Counted from the first letter of the stretch, positions 51,980 to 63,020 are shown. The stretch is 64,000 nucleotides of DNA from Tortispora ganteri (GCA_003707115.1 PPNB01000016.1:124001-188000), one strand, 5' to 3'. The notes: a model not told the origin generated them from the sequence alone. Program-made: numbers and translations.

Positions 51980-53284
51980 ATGAATGTATCAAGAAGCAGC
52001 GTGATTATTCGCATACGAGGAGCGATGTTGAGAAGCACGCCAAGCCGTGTATGGTCACGAGCATTATCGTCCAATTCACTGCCCCTTGAGGGATTGCGAA
52101 TTATAGACATGTCAAGAGTATTAGCGGGACCTTATTCGAGCATGATTCTTGCAGATTTAGGTGCTGAAGTTATAAAAGTAGAGAATCCTAACCGTGGAGA
52201 CGATACAAGAACATGGGGACCACCTTTCGCAAAGGCTAAAGATCCTGTGAATAACGATGAAAGTGCATATTTTCTCGGTATAAATAGAAACAAAAAAAGT
52301 ATTGCAGTGAATTTTGGTGATCCTCGAGGCGCTCAGTTGCTTAAATCGCTGATCGCAGATGCTGATGTGGTTATTGAGAATTATAAGGCTGGCTCATTGA
52401 AAAAGTACGGTCTTGATTATGAGTCAGTAAAACACGATAAACTCATATATGCTTCAATCACTGGTTACGGACAGACTGGACCAAACAGTGACCGCGCTGG
52501 TTATGATGTTATGGTTGAGGCTGAATACGGATTGATGCATATAACAGGAGATCCTAATGGTCCACCTTGTAAGGTCGGTGTTCCTGTTATAGATATTATT
52601 ACTGGAATGTACACCTCAAACGCTATATTGGCGTCGCTAATTCGTCGAGGAATTACTGGACGTGGTCAATATATTGACGCCGCGCTGGCAGACTGTCAAC
52701 TTGCAACATTAGCAAATATAGGCTCATCAGTGTTGATTTCAGGGAAGCCGGACCCCGGAAGACAAGGTTCCGGTCATGCTACTGTTGTACCATACGATGT
52801 TTTCCCCACGAGCGACGGTGAATTCATGATTGGTGCTGGAAACGACAAACTGTTTGGAATTGTTGCTGAAATAATGGGCTGCCCGGAATGGACGCAAGAT
52901 TCAAGGTTTGCTACAAACAGCGCTAGAGTGGCTAACAGACCTCTTATTATATCAATGATCCGTGAAATAACGAAAACAAAATCTACAGAAGAGTGGATTA
53001 GTCAATTCAGGTATAGTGGGTGTCCCTACGCACCTATAAATGACGTCAAAACCGCCTTAGAAGACCAGCAAGCTCTTGCAAGGAATATGATTGTCGAAAC
53101 TGAACATCCTACAGTCGGAAAGATCAAGATGCTTAATACTCCAGTCAAATACTCTGAATCTAAACCTGTTGTTAGACTTCCTCCTCCTACATTGGGTCAG
53201 CACACGTCTGAAGTTCTCTCAAAGTACCTAGATCTTTCTACAGAAGACGTCGATGCACTGAGAAAAGAGGGTGTTGTACGATAA
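51980..53284 (+). CDS. CoA-transferase family III (CaiB/BaiF; succinyl-CoA:glutarate CoA-transferase-like), likely mitochondrial
   Basis: PLEGLRIIDMSRVLAGP..LADLGAEVIKVE..GDDTRTWGPP..NRNKKS..ITGYGQTGP..AGYD..VIDIITG..PPTLGQHT, with an N-terminal presequence. Alternative start ATG at 52025. Confidence 0.93.
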   Translation: MNVSRSSVIIRIRGAMLRSTPSRVWSRALSSNSLPLEGLRIIDMSRVLAGPYSSMILADLGAEVIKVENPNRGDDTRTWGPPFAKAKDPVNNDESAYFLGINRNKKSIAVNFGDPRGAQLLKSLIADADVVIENYKAGSLKKYGLDYESVKHDKLIYASITGYGQTGPNSDRAGYDVMVEAEYGLMHITGDPNGPPCKVGVPVIDIITGMYTSNAILASLIRRGITGRGQYIDAALADCQLATLANIGSSVLISGKPDPGRQGSGHATVVPYDVFPTSDGEFMIGAGNDKLFGIVAEIMGCPEWTQDSRFATNSARVANRPLIISMIREITKTKSTEEWISQFRYSGCPYAPINDVKTALEDQQALARNMIVETEHPTVGKIKMLNTPVKYSESKPVVRLPPPTLGQHTSEVLSKYLDLSTEDVDALRKEGVVR

Positions 53285-53316
53285 GTAAAAGATTAATTAA
53301 CACATGATCATTCGTT

Positions 53317-56300
53317 CTATGGTGTAGTAGATTCATCCTGTGGTTTAGCGCTCTCTTCTATTGGTTCAGAAGAAGGAGATACTTGTAAAGATTCCCCATC
53401 TTCTGTAATCGTAATTGGAGTATCTGGTTCAGGAGTAACCGGAGCAGACTCGGAAGTGCTCTGGTTTTTCACTCTTACAGCTGCATGATACTCAATACGC
53501 TTTTTAGGAGCAGCATTTTCTGATATCACGCGTACAAGAGCATTGGCTTTAGTAATAATGTCCTTCCGAACAACACGGGACCCACGCGAACGATTAGCCG
53601 GGATATGCACCATAGATTCACCTTTCAGAATCGCTTCCTCGATCTCCTCCTGGCTCAAAACTTCACGAGCCTTCTCCATGATCGACGGGAACTGGATGTC
53701 AATTTTCACGTATAAAGAAACAAACACAATCTCATAGTGCTGCATAGAAGCAAGTCCGCTGTTCAGTTTTCGAAGCTCTGCCAGTGCAACAAGGTATCGC
53801 ACTAGTTCGGTGCATTGCATTTTGGCAAAAATGATCTCTAAAATCGCACCTCGAGCAGAGAATGACTCATAGACGATTCTTGTGCTATTGAGTAGATCAA
53901 GATCAAGTTCGCACTGTTCAATAACTAACGCAACCGCGCAATCCATTATATAGCTCCAGACTTTCTGATGCATCCATATACTTGAGGTATTTTTCCTGAC
54001 GCCTTTTGCAAGTTGGATCAGGTTATCAATGTCTCCAAGTTTCATAAAAAGATAATTCATAAAGCATAGGTACTGCGAAGAGCATACAAAGTGTCGTCCA
54101 GCACGCTCCGAGTCCGGTTTCCAGACGTTAAATAGCGATTTGCTAGAACTGCCAGCTTTTAGATTAATAAGCGGGCTTAACTCTTTGTATGCATCTGCGT
54201 ATTCGTTTAGATCATTAGCAAGTATATCGACAATACGGAAAGTTGGTCTATGTTGCCATTTCTTTTTGTCAGCACTGCGTATTTTCTTAAGTACAGAGAT
54301 CAACAGATCTAGTAACTCATTTCTCGTTCGTACATTCCACGCCTCGGTCCCTTTAAATACATCAGAGTACTGCGAATTGGCTAAATAGTCTAGACATTCA
54401 GATAGAGACAATTCTTTGCTGCATTTGTAAACGTAAGACACTAAATAGTAATGTGGTTCCACTAGTGTATCACCATTAGAATGTCGTTCAGGAGCTACTT
54501 TTGCAGCACGAGCAAATAGTCCTAGGTACTGTCTAGGATCGTCCGGGTATAGTTTGCGAAATATTTTTCCTTCAAGAACCAGAAGTTTCCAGTTCTTAGA
54601 ATTACAGCGTAGACCGAATGAAACCATTATATGTGCAAATCGTAAAACAGCATCTTCTTTCATTGATGCCCTTTCACATTGAGTAAGCTCGCCGTTAGCA
54701 GGTTTGCCCACAGTTTTAGGCGGTACTTTGAATGTAAGCATGGCAAGAGGTTCGCGTGTCGCCGAATAGAAGGCAAACGCACAATCATACCAGAACGAAC
54801 TGAGTTTCGCCTCTTTAATATTATTCCTAAAGACAAGTGAAATAGCCATCAGGTAACATTTCAAGGTCTTTCGCCTGTTAGAGATAATACTCTTGGACTT
54901 TTCTGGGATCAATTTCTCAGGAGAATAAGTCATATCGCTTTCAACAATGCTGTCGTACACTTGCGCCAAAGAGTACCATGATTCAAAGCGATTACTGTTG
55001 CACAGTAAGTCGTATGTGAGGTATTTGACTGCGTGACCAAGATCGTCTGTACGACCATTGAGCAATTTCTTTTTGGAACGGTGTAGTCCGAGAAATATTA
55101 TTCCTTCAAGGTAGTAGAAGCCGAGTCTAGCAGCATCTGCAGTACTATTGGTAATCTGCGCCATAGAGAGGTACAGGTCGCCACGCAGACATTTAGAACC
55201 TTCTGATGGATGTATTGGTTCGTTTAAGTAGGACTCAATCGCCTTGAGGTTATAGGCTATCTTTGCATCAGTTTTGTCTGGGATCTCGATGACCTCGCTA
55301 AAACTGTCCAGTGCGCCTTTTAGGTCCGCGCGTGGCAAGCCCTGAGATGTCTTGTTATTCTGCGACAGGCGCACAATAAAAGGCAACAGCATTACTGCGG
55401 AGTTTCTATCAAATTTGGTATGAATAACTTGATGTTCAAATGGAATAAAATGCTCCGTAGAGATAGAAATTCCAAAACGGCACTTAAGGCACTGAATGAG
55501 TTCGCTTTCAGCCATCCAACTGGTCGAGTAAGCTAGGTCTTCCTGAATCACAGTAAGAAGCACACCCTTAAGCAGTCCACAGTATCCACGGAGACCAAGA
55601 TACTCGTGAAGTTCAGCTAAGAACGTCTCAAACTGTTCAGATGCGACATGTTTGACCCGCATAGACAGTTGTTGTAGCGACAAGTAAAGCATCAGCCACG
55701 ACATATTGTAGATCTCTTTAAACCGTAACGCTGCAGATTTATAGGAAAGTAGGCTAGGCATGGCAATATAATTCAGCGCAATAGCGTCATCAAAAAGCAC
55801 AAACACTTGCACAATGCTTAGCAGGAGAATTATGTTCTCTGCAAACTCTTGGATAATAGAAACAGATATTTCCTGCATTAGTTTTCGGTTTTTAGTGACT
55901 AGTCGCACCATAGTAGTCAAGCAGGTATGCAACGCAGCCATAGACCGGAGAAAAAGAATCTCGCGCTCGTTCTGAGCCATTGCTGCATATTTGTCGTCAA
56001 ATAGTCTCTGCATGAACATGTCAACTGTAGAGATATAGCATCCCAATTCCTCAACAGTGCGCCCCTCAGATGCGTAAGACGAAGAAAGAAGATTCCATAA
56101 ATGCAAATGAAAAAAAGGTGACATAGTTTGCAGGAAATCTTGCAGTCCCATGGACTGTTTATCAGATTCGGAGTCGGAGTCAAGTTCAGAAACATCGTCT
56201 TTATTTGAAGATGGTTTGAGAATATGTTCCAAAGAGGCAATACGCTGATCGAGAGGCATATTACCATCATCGTTTAATAGTTCTGTGAACATTGACAGTG

Positions 56301-58467
56301 TTCTTACCCTTGAAACTAAACCATCAGCGCTTTCTAGCGATATTTTAGGTATATGTGGAGTGTTAATGACAGCAAGTTCTGAAGAAAATGATTGGTCTTT
56401 TACTAGTACCTTCAAGTCATCAAATCTTTGTATGAGATCTTCTTTGCTAGAACCAATAGCCTGACAGAATAATGTGAAAGTCCAGAAATATCTCACTTTT
56501 AATTCCACGAACTCATGTAACGACTCGTCTAAGCAAGGCAGACTCAATACGGATTGGAATAAGTTAAGCCATCTTTGCACTCTTGAAGACTTAACTACTT
56601 CTTGTTTGCGCATTCTATTCAAATTATGCGCTTTTTCGGATATTGCAGTACGGAGTGACTGTTGGAATTGTATGAGATCGTCTAGGAAAATGTCTGCAAG
56701 TGCCTGGCAGAGTCGGAGCACCTGAAAAACACGCTCAATATCAGTAGAATGTTCGTCAACTGAATGTGCATAGTCTTGTAGGTTGCGCTCAAACAAATCT
56801 ATATACATTCTGACGACAGCCATGAATTCAGAAGGCCATTTATAGTCTAAGAATAGCCGTGGATTGCTCGAACTAAGAAGATCTATGAGAAACTGTACTC
56901 GCATATAGTCTAAAGACATATGATTCGCATTGTATCTCTCAAAAAGGGCCATAGGAGTCAGAAATGATTTAGATATATCAGGCTTCGAATCAGAGGCACT
57001 GTTGTTCAGCGTCATGAGATCCATTATAATTGCATTCACCTCTGAGTTGTCCTTTGTGGTAGCTGTATTGTTCATTAGTTTAAGCATAGCGTCAGAATGT
57101 TTGACGGCCCAGTTCGATAAGATCCTGTGTAGATCGCACAGTGGCGGTTGTGGGTAGTCATCTGCAGATCTCGGCAAGGTACTTGGTGGTTCTGGCAGAT
57201 GAAGGTAAAAGTTTGAAAGTATTCTGCTATTAAAGCTACTAAAGAAAGCAGCAGCGCGTTCAGCAGTTGAGTCTGATTCAGGAACGTGTGATCGAAGACG
57301 TTTACTCATCCTTCCAGAGGGGTCGTCTGCGCCATTGACCGACGGCGGATCAGACGATTTTCGTTTACGATCATTATCGCTATCCACAGATTCATTTTCA
57401 TTGTCAAATGGCAGAATGTTAAGCTCTTCTTCGTCGTTAGACAGTTCGTTGTGTGGCGGCTGAGTGTCTTGCAACTCTTCTGACGGCGATATTTCAGTTT
57501 CCTCTCCTGACAGGTGCTCGTTTGGGTTAGATTCAGGCGAATATATGCGAAGATAACGACAAGATTCCATGGTTTCTCTTGAAAATGGAAGAATGAGCGC
57601 AAAAGAGATGTGGACAGACTCTTCAGGATACACCAAGGGCAGTTTCATTGTGAGTTTCTTGTCAAGATGGACGGAAGAGTCCACGCAGGGGAACAACAGC
57701 GCATAAGCTGCTGCAAGCCAAGAATTATTGTCAATATGAATTACAAATGGCGGAGGTGAAGGTGATGTGGAATTGTAGATTGCCGGTTTTGCGAAATATT
57801 GCGCAAGGAATTGATAACGATCCAATACACTATCGGGTAGTGCGGGGGTGGAAAGAATATTTTGATAGAATTTAGCATCGAGAGCACTAGTATCACCAAT
57901 ATGTTGTAGTACTGACACTAGTCTGTGCATTGCGATGCGTAGTTGTGGCAAAATAGGAGATTTGCGTTGTAAAGACAACTGCAGCGATAAGGGCCCGCTA
58001 TCGACTGCGGGTATTGATTCAAGAGCGAATCGAGCTAATCTAAATGAAGACATTTGGTATGCAATTACAGATACGTATGACCATAACGAAAAATCTTCGG
58101 CTTCAGCTTCGAGCGCATTCACTAGATCTGAGAGAAGCGATTCGATCTGATCAGGTACGTCGTCAGGAGATTTTAGTAGTGATAATTGTAACAATGCATG
58201 ATTCTTGTAAACCATATACCTTAGTTTACGGACTAAAGGGCTCGTAAAAGATGCAGGTTCGTCAAATAGTGATTGAATTGCAAATACTTTCTGATATTCC
58301 AGCATGGCCGCTTGTAAATCACCTTGTTCCTGATGATTGAGCGCACTTCGAAATATTTTTAGAGCTTCTTCAGCTTGTAGTTCTTTTGTTTGAGTTTCAT
58401 CATCTATGTCATAAACGTCATCTATGACATTAATAGCTCTGAAATCACTAATTATTGTTTTGTCCAT
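53317..58467 (-). CDS. HIR3: HIR histone chaperone complex subunit Hir3 (Cabin1-like)
   Basis: FRAINV..TKELQAEEALKIF..LRYMVYKNH N-terminus; HEYLGLRGYC, RFESWYSLAQ, LVEPHYYLVS, DKKKWQHRPTFR, VWKPDSERAGRHF. Confidence 0.9.
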   Translation of the reverse strand: MDKTIISDFRAINVIDDVYDIDDETQTKELQAEEALKIFRSALNHQEQGDLQAAMLEYQKVFAIQSLFDEPASFTSPLVRKLRYMVYKNHALLQLSLLKSPDDVPDQIESLLSDLVNALEAEAEDFSLWSYVSVIAYQMSSFRLARFALESIPAVDSGPLSLQLSLQRKSPILPQLRIAMHRLVSVLQHIGDTSALDAKFYQNILSTPALPDSVLDRYQFLAQYFAKPAIYNSTSPSPPPFVIHIDNNSWLAAAYALLFPCVDSSVHLDKKLTMKLPLVYPEESVHISFALILPFSRETMESCRYLRIYSPESNPNEHLSGEETEISPSEELQDTQPPHNELSNDEEELNILPFDNENESVDSDNDRKRKSSDPPSVNGADDPSGRMSKRLRSHVPESDSTAERAAAFFSSFNSRILSNFYLHLPEPPSTLPRSADDYPQPPLCDLHRILSNWAVKHSDAMLKLMNNTATTKDNSEVNAIIMDLMTLNNSASDSKPDISKSFLTPMALFERYNANHMSLDYMRVQFLIDLLSSSNPRLFLDYKWPSEFMAVVRMYIDLFERNLQDYAHSVDEHSTDIERVFQVLRLCQALADIFLDDLIQFQQSLRTAISEKAHNLNRMRKQEVVKSSRVQRWLNLFQSVLSLPCLDESLHEFVELKVRYFWTFTLFCQAIGSSKEDLIQRFDDLKVLVKDQSFSSELAVINTPHIPKISLESADGLVSRVRTLSMFTELLNDDGNMPLDQRIASLEHILKPSSNKDDVSELDSDSESDKQSMGLQDFLQTMSPFFHLHLWNLLSSSYASEGRTVEELGCYISTVDMFMQRLFDDKYAAMAQNEREILFLRSMAALHTCLTTMVRLVTKNRKLMQEISVSIIQEFAENIILLLSIVQVFVLFDDAIALNYIAMPSLLSYKSAALRFKEIYNMSWLMLYLSLQQLSMRVKHVASEQFETFLAELHEYLGLRGYCGLLKGVLLTVIQEDLAYSTSWMAESELIQCLKCRFGISISTEHFIPFEHQVIHTKFDRNSAVMLLPFIVRLSQNNKTSQGLPRADLKGALDSFSEVIEIPDKTDAKIAYNLKAIESYLNEPIHPSEGSKCLRGDLYLSMAQITNSTADAARLGFYYLEGIIFLGLHRSKKKLLNGRTDDLGHAVKYLTYDLLCNSNRFESWYSLAQVYDSIVESDMTYSPEKLIPEKSKSIISNRRKTLKCYLMAISLVFRNNIKEAKLSSFWYDCAFAFYSATREPLAMLTFKVPPKTVGKPANGELTQCERASMKEDAVLRFAHIMVSFGLRCNSKNWKLLVLEGKIFRKLYPDDPRQYLGLFARAAKVAPERHSNGDTLVEPHYYLVSYVYKCSKELSLSECLDYLANSQYSDVFKGTEAWNVRTRNELLDLLISVLKKIRSADKKKWQHRPTFRIVDILANDLNEYADAYKELSPLINLKAGSSSKSLFNVWKPDSERAGRHFVCSSQYLCFMNYLFMKLGDIDNLIQLAKGVRKNTSSIWMHQKVWSYIMDCAVALVIEQCELDLDLLNSTRIVYESFSARGAILEIIFAKMQCTELVRYLVALAELRKLNSGLASMQHYEIVFVSLYVKIDIQFPSIMEKAREVLSQEEIEEAILKGESMVHIPANRSRGSRVVRKDIITKANALVRVISENAAPKKRIEYHAAVRVKNQSTSESAPVTPEPDTPITITEDGESLQVSPSSEPIEESAKPQDESTTP

Positions 58468-58560
58468 GATTACGTGACGCGTTGTTGCATCGAACGGTGC
58501 AATGTTAGCTTGGTGTTGTAAGTACTAACAATTAAACTTTTCGATTAAACCACCAGAACA

Positions 58561-59649
58561 ATGAGCCCGCGGTTCACGAAAAAGGGTTATTTCATTGCCC
58601 TCGGCATGGAAGGATCTGCTAATAAAATAGGTATGGGAATTATCAAGCATATATCGACAGCAGAAACTTGGAAGGATGCGTTACATGAGATGAACAATAC
58701 AGGTAAAGCTTTAGTATTAGCTAACGTACGACACACTTTTGTACCACCAGCAGGTCACGGGTTCCTCCCGCGTGAGGTCGCAGATCATCACCGCAAGCAC
58801 GTTGTCAAGCTTGTCAAAGAAGCGATTGATTATGCGGGTATTTCGTACAAAGATATAGACTGTATTTGCTTTACGCAAGGTCCTGGAATGGGAGCGCCTC
58901 TTCAAACAGTAGTTCTTTGTGCCAGAACACTGAGCCTGCTCTGGAACAAGCCACTAGTTGGTGTCAATCATTGTGTGGGCCATATAGAAATGGGTCGTGA
59001 GATTACTGGCGCGCTCAACCCGGTAGTTCTATATGTATCAGGCGGTAACACCCAGGTTATTGCTTATTCGCATCATCGCTACCAGATTTTTGGCGAAACG
59101 CTAGACATTGCAGTGGGAAACTGTCTTGACAGATTTGCAAGAACTATGAAGATATCTAATGACCCGAACCCGGGTTACAATATAGAACTGCTTGCGCGCA
59201 TTGGAGCGAAATCAGGCCAACTCGTTGACCTTCCTTATACCGTCAAAGGTATGGACTTATCGATGTCCGGAGTCCTAGCATTCATCGACCAACTGGCAGC
59301 TACAAATAAGTATTCTGTGGAAACTCTCTGCTTTTCACTTCAGGAAACACTTTTTGCCATGCTCGTAGAAATTACAGAACGCGCTATGGCTCACGTCGAC
59401 GCATCAGATGTGCTCATTGTAGGTGGTGTTGGCTGCAATGAACGGCTGCAACAGATGATGCATATCATGTGTAAAGCTAGAGGTGGTTCTGTCTACGCTA
59501 CAGATGAACGGTTCTGTATAGATAACGGTATTATGATTGCACAAGCTGGTCTATTAGCTTATAGGTCAGGGTTCTCAACTCCCATAGAGAACTCAGAATG
59601 TACTCAGCGTTTCAGAACAGACGAGGTATATGTGGACTGGAGATACTGA
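58561..59649 (+). CDS. KAE1: tRNA N6-adenosine threonylcarbamoyltransferase Kae1 (EKC/KEOPS)
   Basis: [32 protein letters not shown] (HxxxH), [40 protein letters not shown]. Confidence 0.98.
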   Translation: MSPRFTKKGYFIALGMEGSANKIGMGIIKHISTAETWKDALHEMNNTGKALVLANVRHTFVPPAGHGFLPREVADHHRKHVVKLVKEAIDYAGISYKDIDCICFTQGPGMGAPLQTVVLCARTLSLLWNKPLVGVNHCVGHIEMGREITGALNPVVLYVSGGNTQVIAYSHHRYQIFGETLDIAVGNCLDRFARTMKISNDPNPGYNIELLARIGAKSGQLVDLPYTVKGMDLSMSGVLAFIDQLAATNKYSVETLCFSLQETLFAMLVEITERAMAHVDASDVLIVGGVGCNERLQQMMHIMCKARGGSVYATDERFCIDNGIMIAQAGLLAYRSGFSTPIENSECTQRFRTDEVYVDWRY

Positions 59650-60124
59650 ATTGCATACACATGGAGATATCTGTGATATAAAGACATTAATTGCTTTAAT
59701 CACGATCTACGACTTAATATTACAACAATTTGCGGTATAAATCTCGCTACGGTACGCTTTTTGACTATTCGAACGTTCACAGTCATTGATCTACACTTAC
59801 GATGTCACAATAACCACTAACTGTCACGGCAAACAGTTCCAAAATACAGAGAACTTCAATCATTAAGGAATCATATAATTGCTAATATAATTAACAGATT
59901 TCTTTGTCAATAGACAATTGAAGAGCACTTTAAACAATCCAATAAGAAAGTAATCAGCCGCATAAAATAATATGTTACCATGGCTACAAACTCTTTTGTT
60001 ACCCCACTTATAATCACTCACCTTCTTCTTTTTGGATGTAGTTTCCAGTAAAGCACATATTTATCGCTATCACACATTGCCGCTATACAAAATTTAGCTG
60101 CAAAAAGCCAAAGTTACTGTACTA

Positions 60125-62926
60125 ATGGCGAGACCGAAAAACGCCACTAGCAAAACGAAAACTCCTCAAAAGAAGCAGGCTACGCGTTCACCAACACTTA
60201 TCGACCTGAATACGATCGAATCGCCTGCATTGAGACACTTTGCCGAAGAAATCAATGCCCGTTCTGAATTTAACTATTTTCCAAAAGCAAAAAAAGGGTT
60301 TGATTTGTTTATGAAGATAATAAGAAAATATAATGTCTCTAAAGTCATACCTACGTCTTTCTTGAATCCCAGTATTTTCACTGGTTTTGGCAATCAATCT
60401 GTTATGCGAACTTTCTATTCGATCGACGAAAACCACTTTTATATTCACAGCAAAGTATTCATTAAATATCAGTCGACGCCACTCTCTTTTGGCAATGCTA
60501 GCGCGCAAAAAGCTATAGCGGAGTATCTGCTTGCTTCTGTTAGTAAAGATGATAAGTATTTGGACTATTTGAATTCGAAAGATCTGGTCTTCTCGGTCAA
60601 GAAGGTTCCAGAAATCCTCCAACCCATTTGGATTAGAGACGGCAGTAAAGAACCTCAGTACCATTCTCTTGAGCATCATGAGAAGGTCACAGACCAATCA
60701 GGCTCTTACGAGAACCAGCCAACCTTGCCGCAATCGGACAATCATGTCTCTATACAAGCCGGGCTTTCCAAACCAGCTGCAACAGAGGAGCCTGGAAATT
60801 TGACAACTCAAAATTATAGCGCTACAATGCCTAGTAAGTTGTCTTCTCCGCAGGCTTCAACCTCAAATGCGTATGGTGTTACAACGACTGCTAAAGCTCA
60901 AGCCGAACCAATTAATCTTTCCATTCCCACTGCTTCTACAAGCTTACCAGCATCGAATCCCACGGAGTTATATAACTCCAACCCCACTATGGTTATTCCA
61001 GAACCTCAGACATCGACTAACATAGACAACTACACCTCGGCTCCACAAAGTTCAGATCCCTACAGTGAAGTCCCAGAATCTTCAGTTCTAGAAGATGCGA
61101 TTCCGAAAGAAACAAATATGAAAATTTCAGCAAAACAATCCGTCCCAGTTGCTGCGCCCGAGACTAATGAAGCTCCAAGTACCATACCAACAAATATACC
61201 AATATCTAACCATGAACCAGCTACGGTTGATCCACAAACTGCTGTAACGCAAACAGCTTCAGCAGCTGCCGTAACAATTGCAAAGAGCCCAGTTCAAAAA
61301 ACAGCACAAACCCAGTCTAAACCAAGATCAAATGCTGTGTCTTCTGCCAAACTAAAATCGCTACAGAGTTCGGTGTTTATCAAACCGCCCAAAAAGAAGA
61401 CACCAGTGCGAAAGACGACCAAGACTGAAGAGCAGGCGACTGATGGTACTGCTATGAACGAAAAAACTCCTAGTGCCAAAAAGGTACAGCTTAATACGCT
61501 GTCACACGAAGCGTTGATTCCTGAAAAAACTGGAGAGAAAGTACCACCAACGCCACCACAATCTCGAAATGGCGCAGAAACAAAATACGACAATGCCGAT
61601 ACAAAAGCTGTGTTTCCTACAAACACTGATGTCTTGCCCGTACATGATCAACGTTTAAAATACTTGCAATCCACTGCACGACCCGCTAAGCATAAAGAAC
61701 CCCTTGAAAGCCGACTAGGAACACCAGCAATGGCATATCCATCTACACCTGTATTGCCCCCTGGAACGAACTATACTAACACACACATACAAACTCAAGC
61801 TGCACCATCATATCAGATTGACATACCATCGGCGTCAGTGCATGTTCCACTACAACAAACTGTATCAGCAGCTCCTGCGCCTGGTTTTACTGCTGTACCA
61901 CCAGCAGCCCAATCTCCGTCTAGCGCCAAAGTAGCCACTCGGTCGCCAGCTGGCGACTCGTCAAAGTCCAGAAAGTCGTTTACGACTGATAAACGGGTTT
62001 TAGAAGAAGACCCCTTTGGAATTGCTCGCAAACAACGAAGACTTAATCGATTCGAAGCCAACAAAAGCACAGTCTTACAACCTTCGACATCGCCCGACCC
62101 AGAGAAAGCTGTTACTAACGGACCGATTGTAGGCACGTCTACGGAGATTCTTAAACCATATCTTCGTCTGACATCTGCTCCTGATCCGCGTAATGTCCGG
62201 CCACAACCGGTGCTAGAGAAGGCGGTTCACTACATTCTCACTAGTGGTAAAGCTGATGGCAACTATCAGTTTGCTTGCGACCAGCTCAAATCTATTAGAC
62301 AAGACCTCACGGTTCAGCACATCAAGAACAAGTTCACTGTTTTTGTATACGAAACACATGCCCGAATGGCATTAGAAGCACATGATTTAGGAGAATACAA
62401 CCAGTGTCATTCTCAATTGAAAAGGCTCTATGAGGTCCCGGAATTGAAGGATTATGGACAACCTTTGGAGTTTGTTGCCTACAGGATTCTCTATACGCTA
62501 CACACGCAAACGTATACGGACTTGCACGAAATATTAGGTAAGTTATCCGCAGAAGAAATGGAAGATACAGCCGTATCGCATGCCCTCAATGTCGCCTGGA
62601 CTGTCATTGAAGATAACTTTGTTGAGCTACTGAACCTCTATAAAGACCCTCCTAATATGAACGGATGTCTTATGAGCTGTTTCATGTATCGTGAGAGGGT
62701 GAAAACTTTGGCTAAAATTTGCAGAGCGTATCGTCCTTCTATCAAACTCTCAGCACTAGCCTCTATGGTTGGATACAAGAGTGCTCAAAATTTCAGAGAT
62801 GATTTTAGTTCTTTTGAAATGCTCCAACAGAGCGATGACACGAGTATAGAATTTAAGGCACTATATCCTTTAATGGAGCAGGCAAGAAACTCGATGAGAA
62901 AAGTGGACATTAAAGGCCAAATATAG
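60125..62926 (+). CDS. THP3: SAC3/GANP/THP3-family protein (Thp3/LENG8-like) with a long N-terminal extension
   Basis: C-terminal ~270 aa: IVGTS..KPYLRLTSAPDP..VRPQPVL..CDQLKSIRQDLTVQHIKNKFTVFVYETHARMALE..DLGEYNQC..EFVAYRILY, ending KVDIKGQI. Confidence 0.88.
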   Translation: MARPKNATSKTKTPQKKQATRSPTLIDLNTIESPALRHFAEEINARSEFNYFPKAKKGFDLFMKIIRKYNVSKVIPTSFLNPSIFTGFGNQSVMRTFYSIDENHFYIHSKVFIKYQSTPLSFGNASAQKAIAEYLLASVSKDDKYLDYLNSKDLVFSVKKVPEILQPIWIRDGSKEPQYHSLEHHEKVTDQSGSYENQPTLPQSDNHVSIQAGLSKPAATEEPGNLTTQNYSATMPSKLSSPQASTSNAYGVTTTAKAQAEPINLSIPTASTSLPASNPTELYNSNPTMVIPEPQTSTNIDNYTSAPQSSDPYSEVPESSVLEDAIPKETNMKISAKQSVPVAAPETNEAPSTIPTNIPISNHEPATVDPQTAVTQTASAAAVTIAKSPVQKTAQTQSKPRSNAVSSAKLKSLQSSVFIKPPKKKTPVRKTTKTEEQATDGTAMNEKTPSAKKVQLNTLSHEALIPEKTGEKVPPTPPQSRNGAETKYDNADTKAVFPTNTDVLPVHDQRLKYLQSTARPAKHKEPLESRLGTPAMAYPSTPVLPPGTNYTNTHIQTQAAPSYQIDIPSASVHVPLQQTVSAAPAPGFTAVPPAAQSPSSAKVATRSPAGDSSKSRKSFTTDKRVLEEDPFGIARKQRRLNRFEANKSTVLQPSTSPDPEKAVTNGPIVGTSTEILKPYLRLTSAPDPRNVRPQPVLEKAVHYILTSGKADGNYQFACDQLKSIRQDLTVQHIKNKFTVFVYETHARMALEAHDLGEYNQCHSQLKRLYEVPELKDYGQPLEFVAYRILYTLHTQTYTDLHEILGKLSAEEMEDTAVSHALNVAWTVIEDNFVELLNLYKDPPNMNGCLMSCFMYRERVKTLAKICRAYRPSIKLSALASMVGYKSAQNFRDDFSSFEMLQQSDDTSIEFKALYPLMEQARNSMRKVDIKGQI

Positions 62927-63020
62927 GCACATATACACAACACCAAGCTGAATTAATTTCAGACATTCTATGTCTTGCCTTTTGCTTCAGTATCGTTGAT
63001 ATTGCTTTATTTTTGGTATA

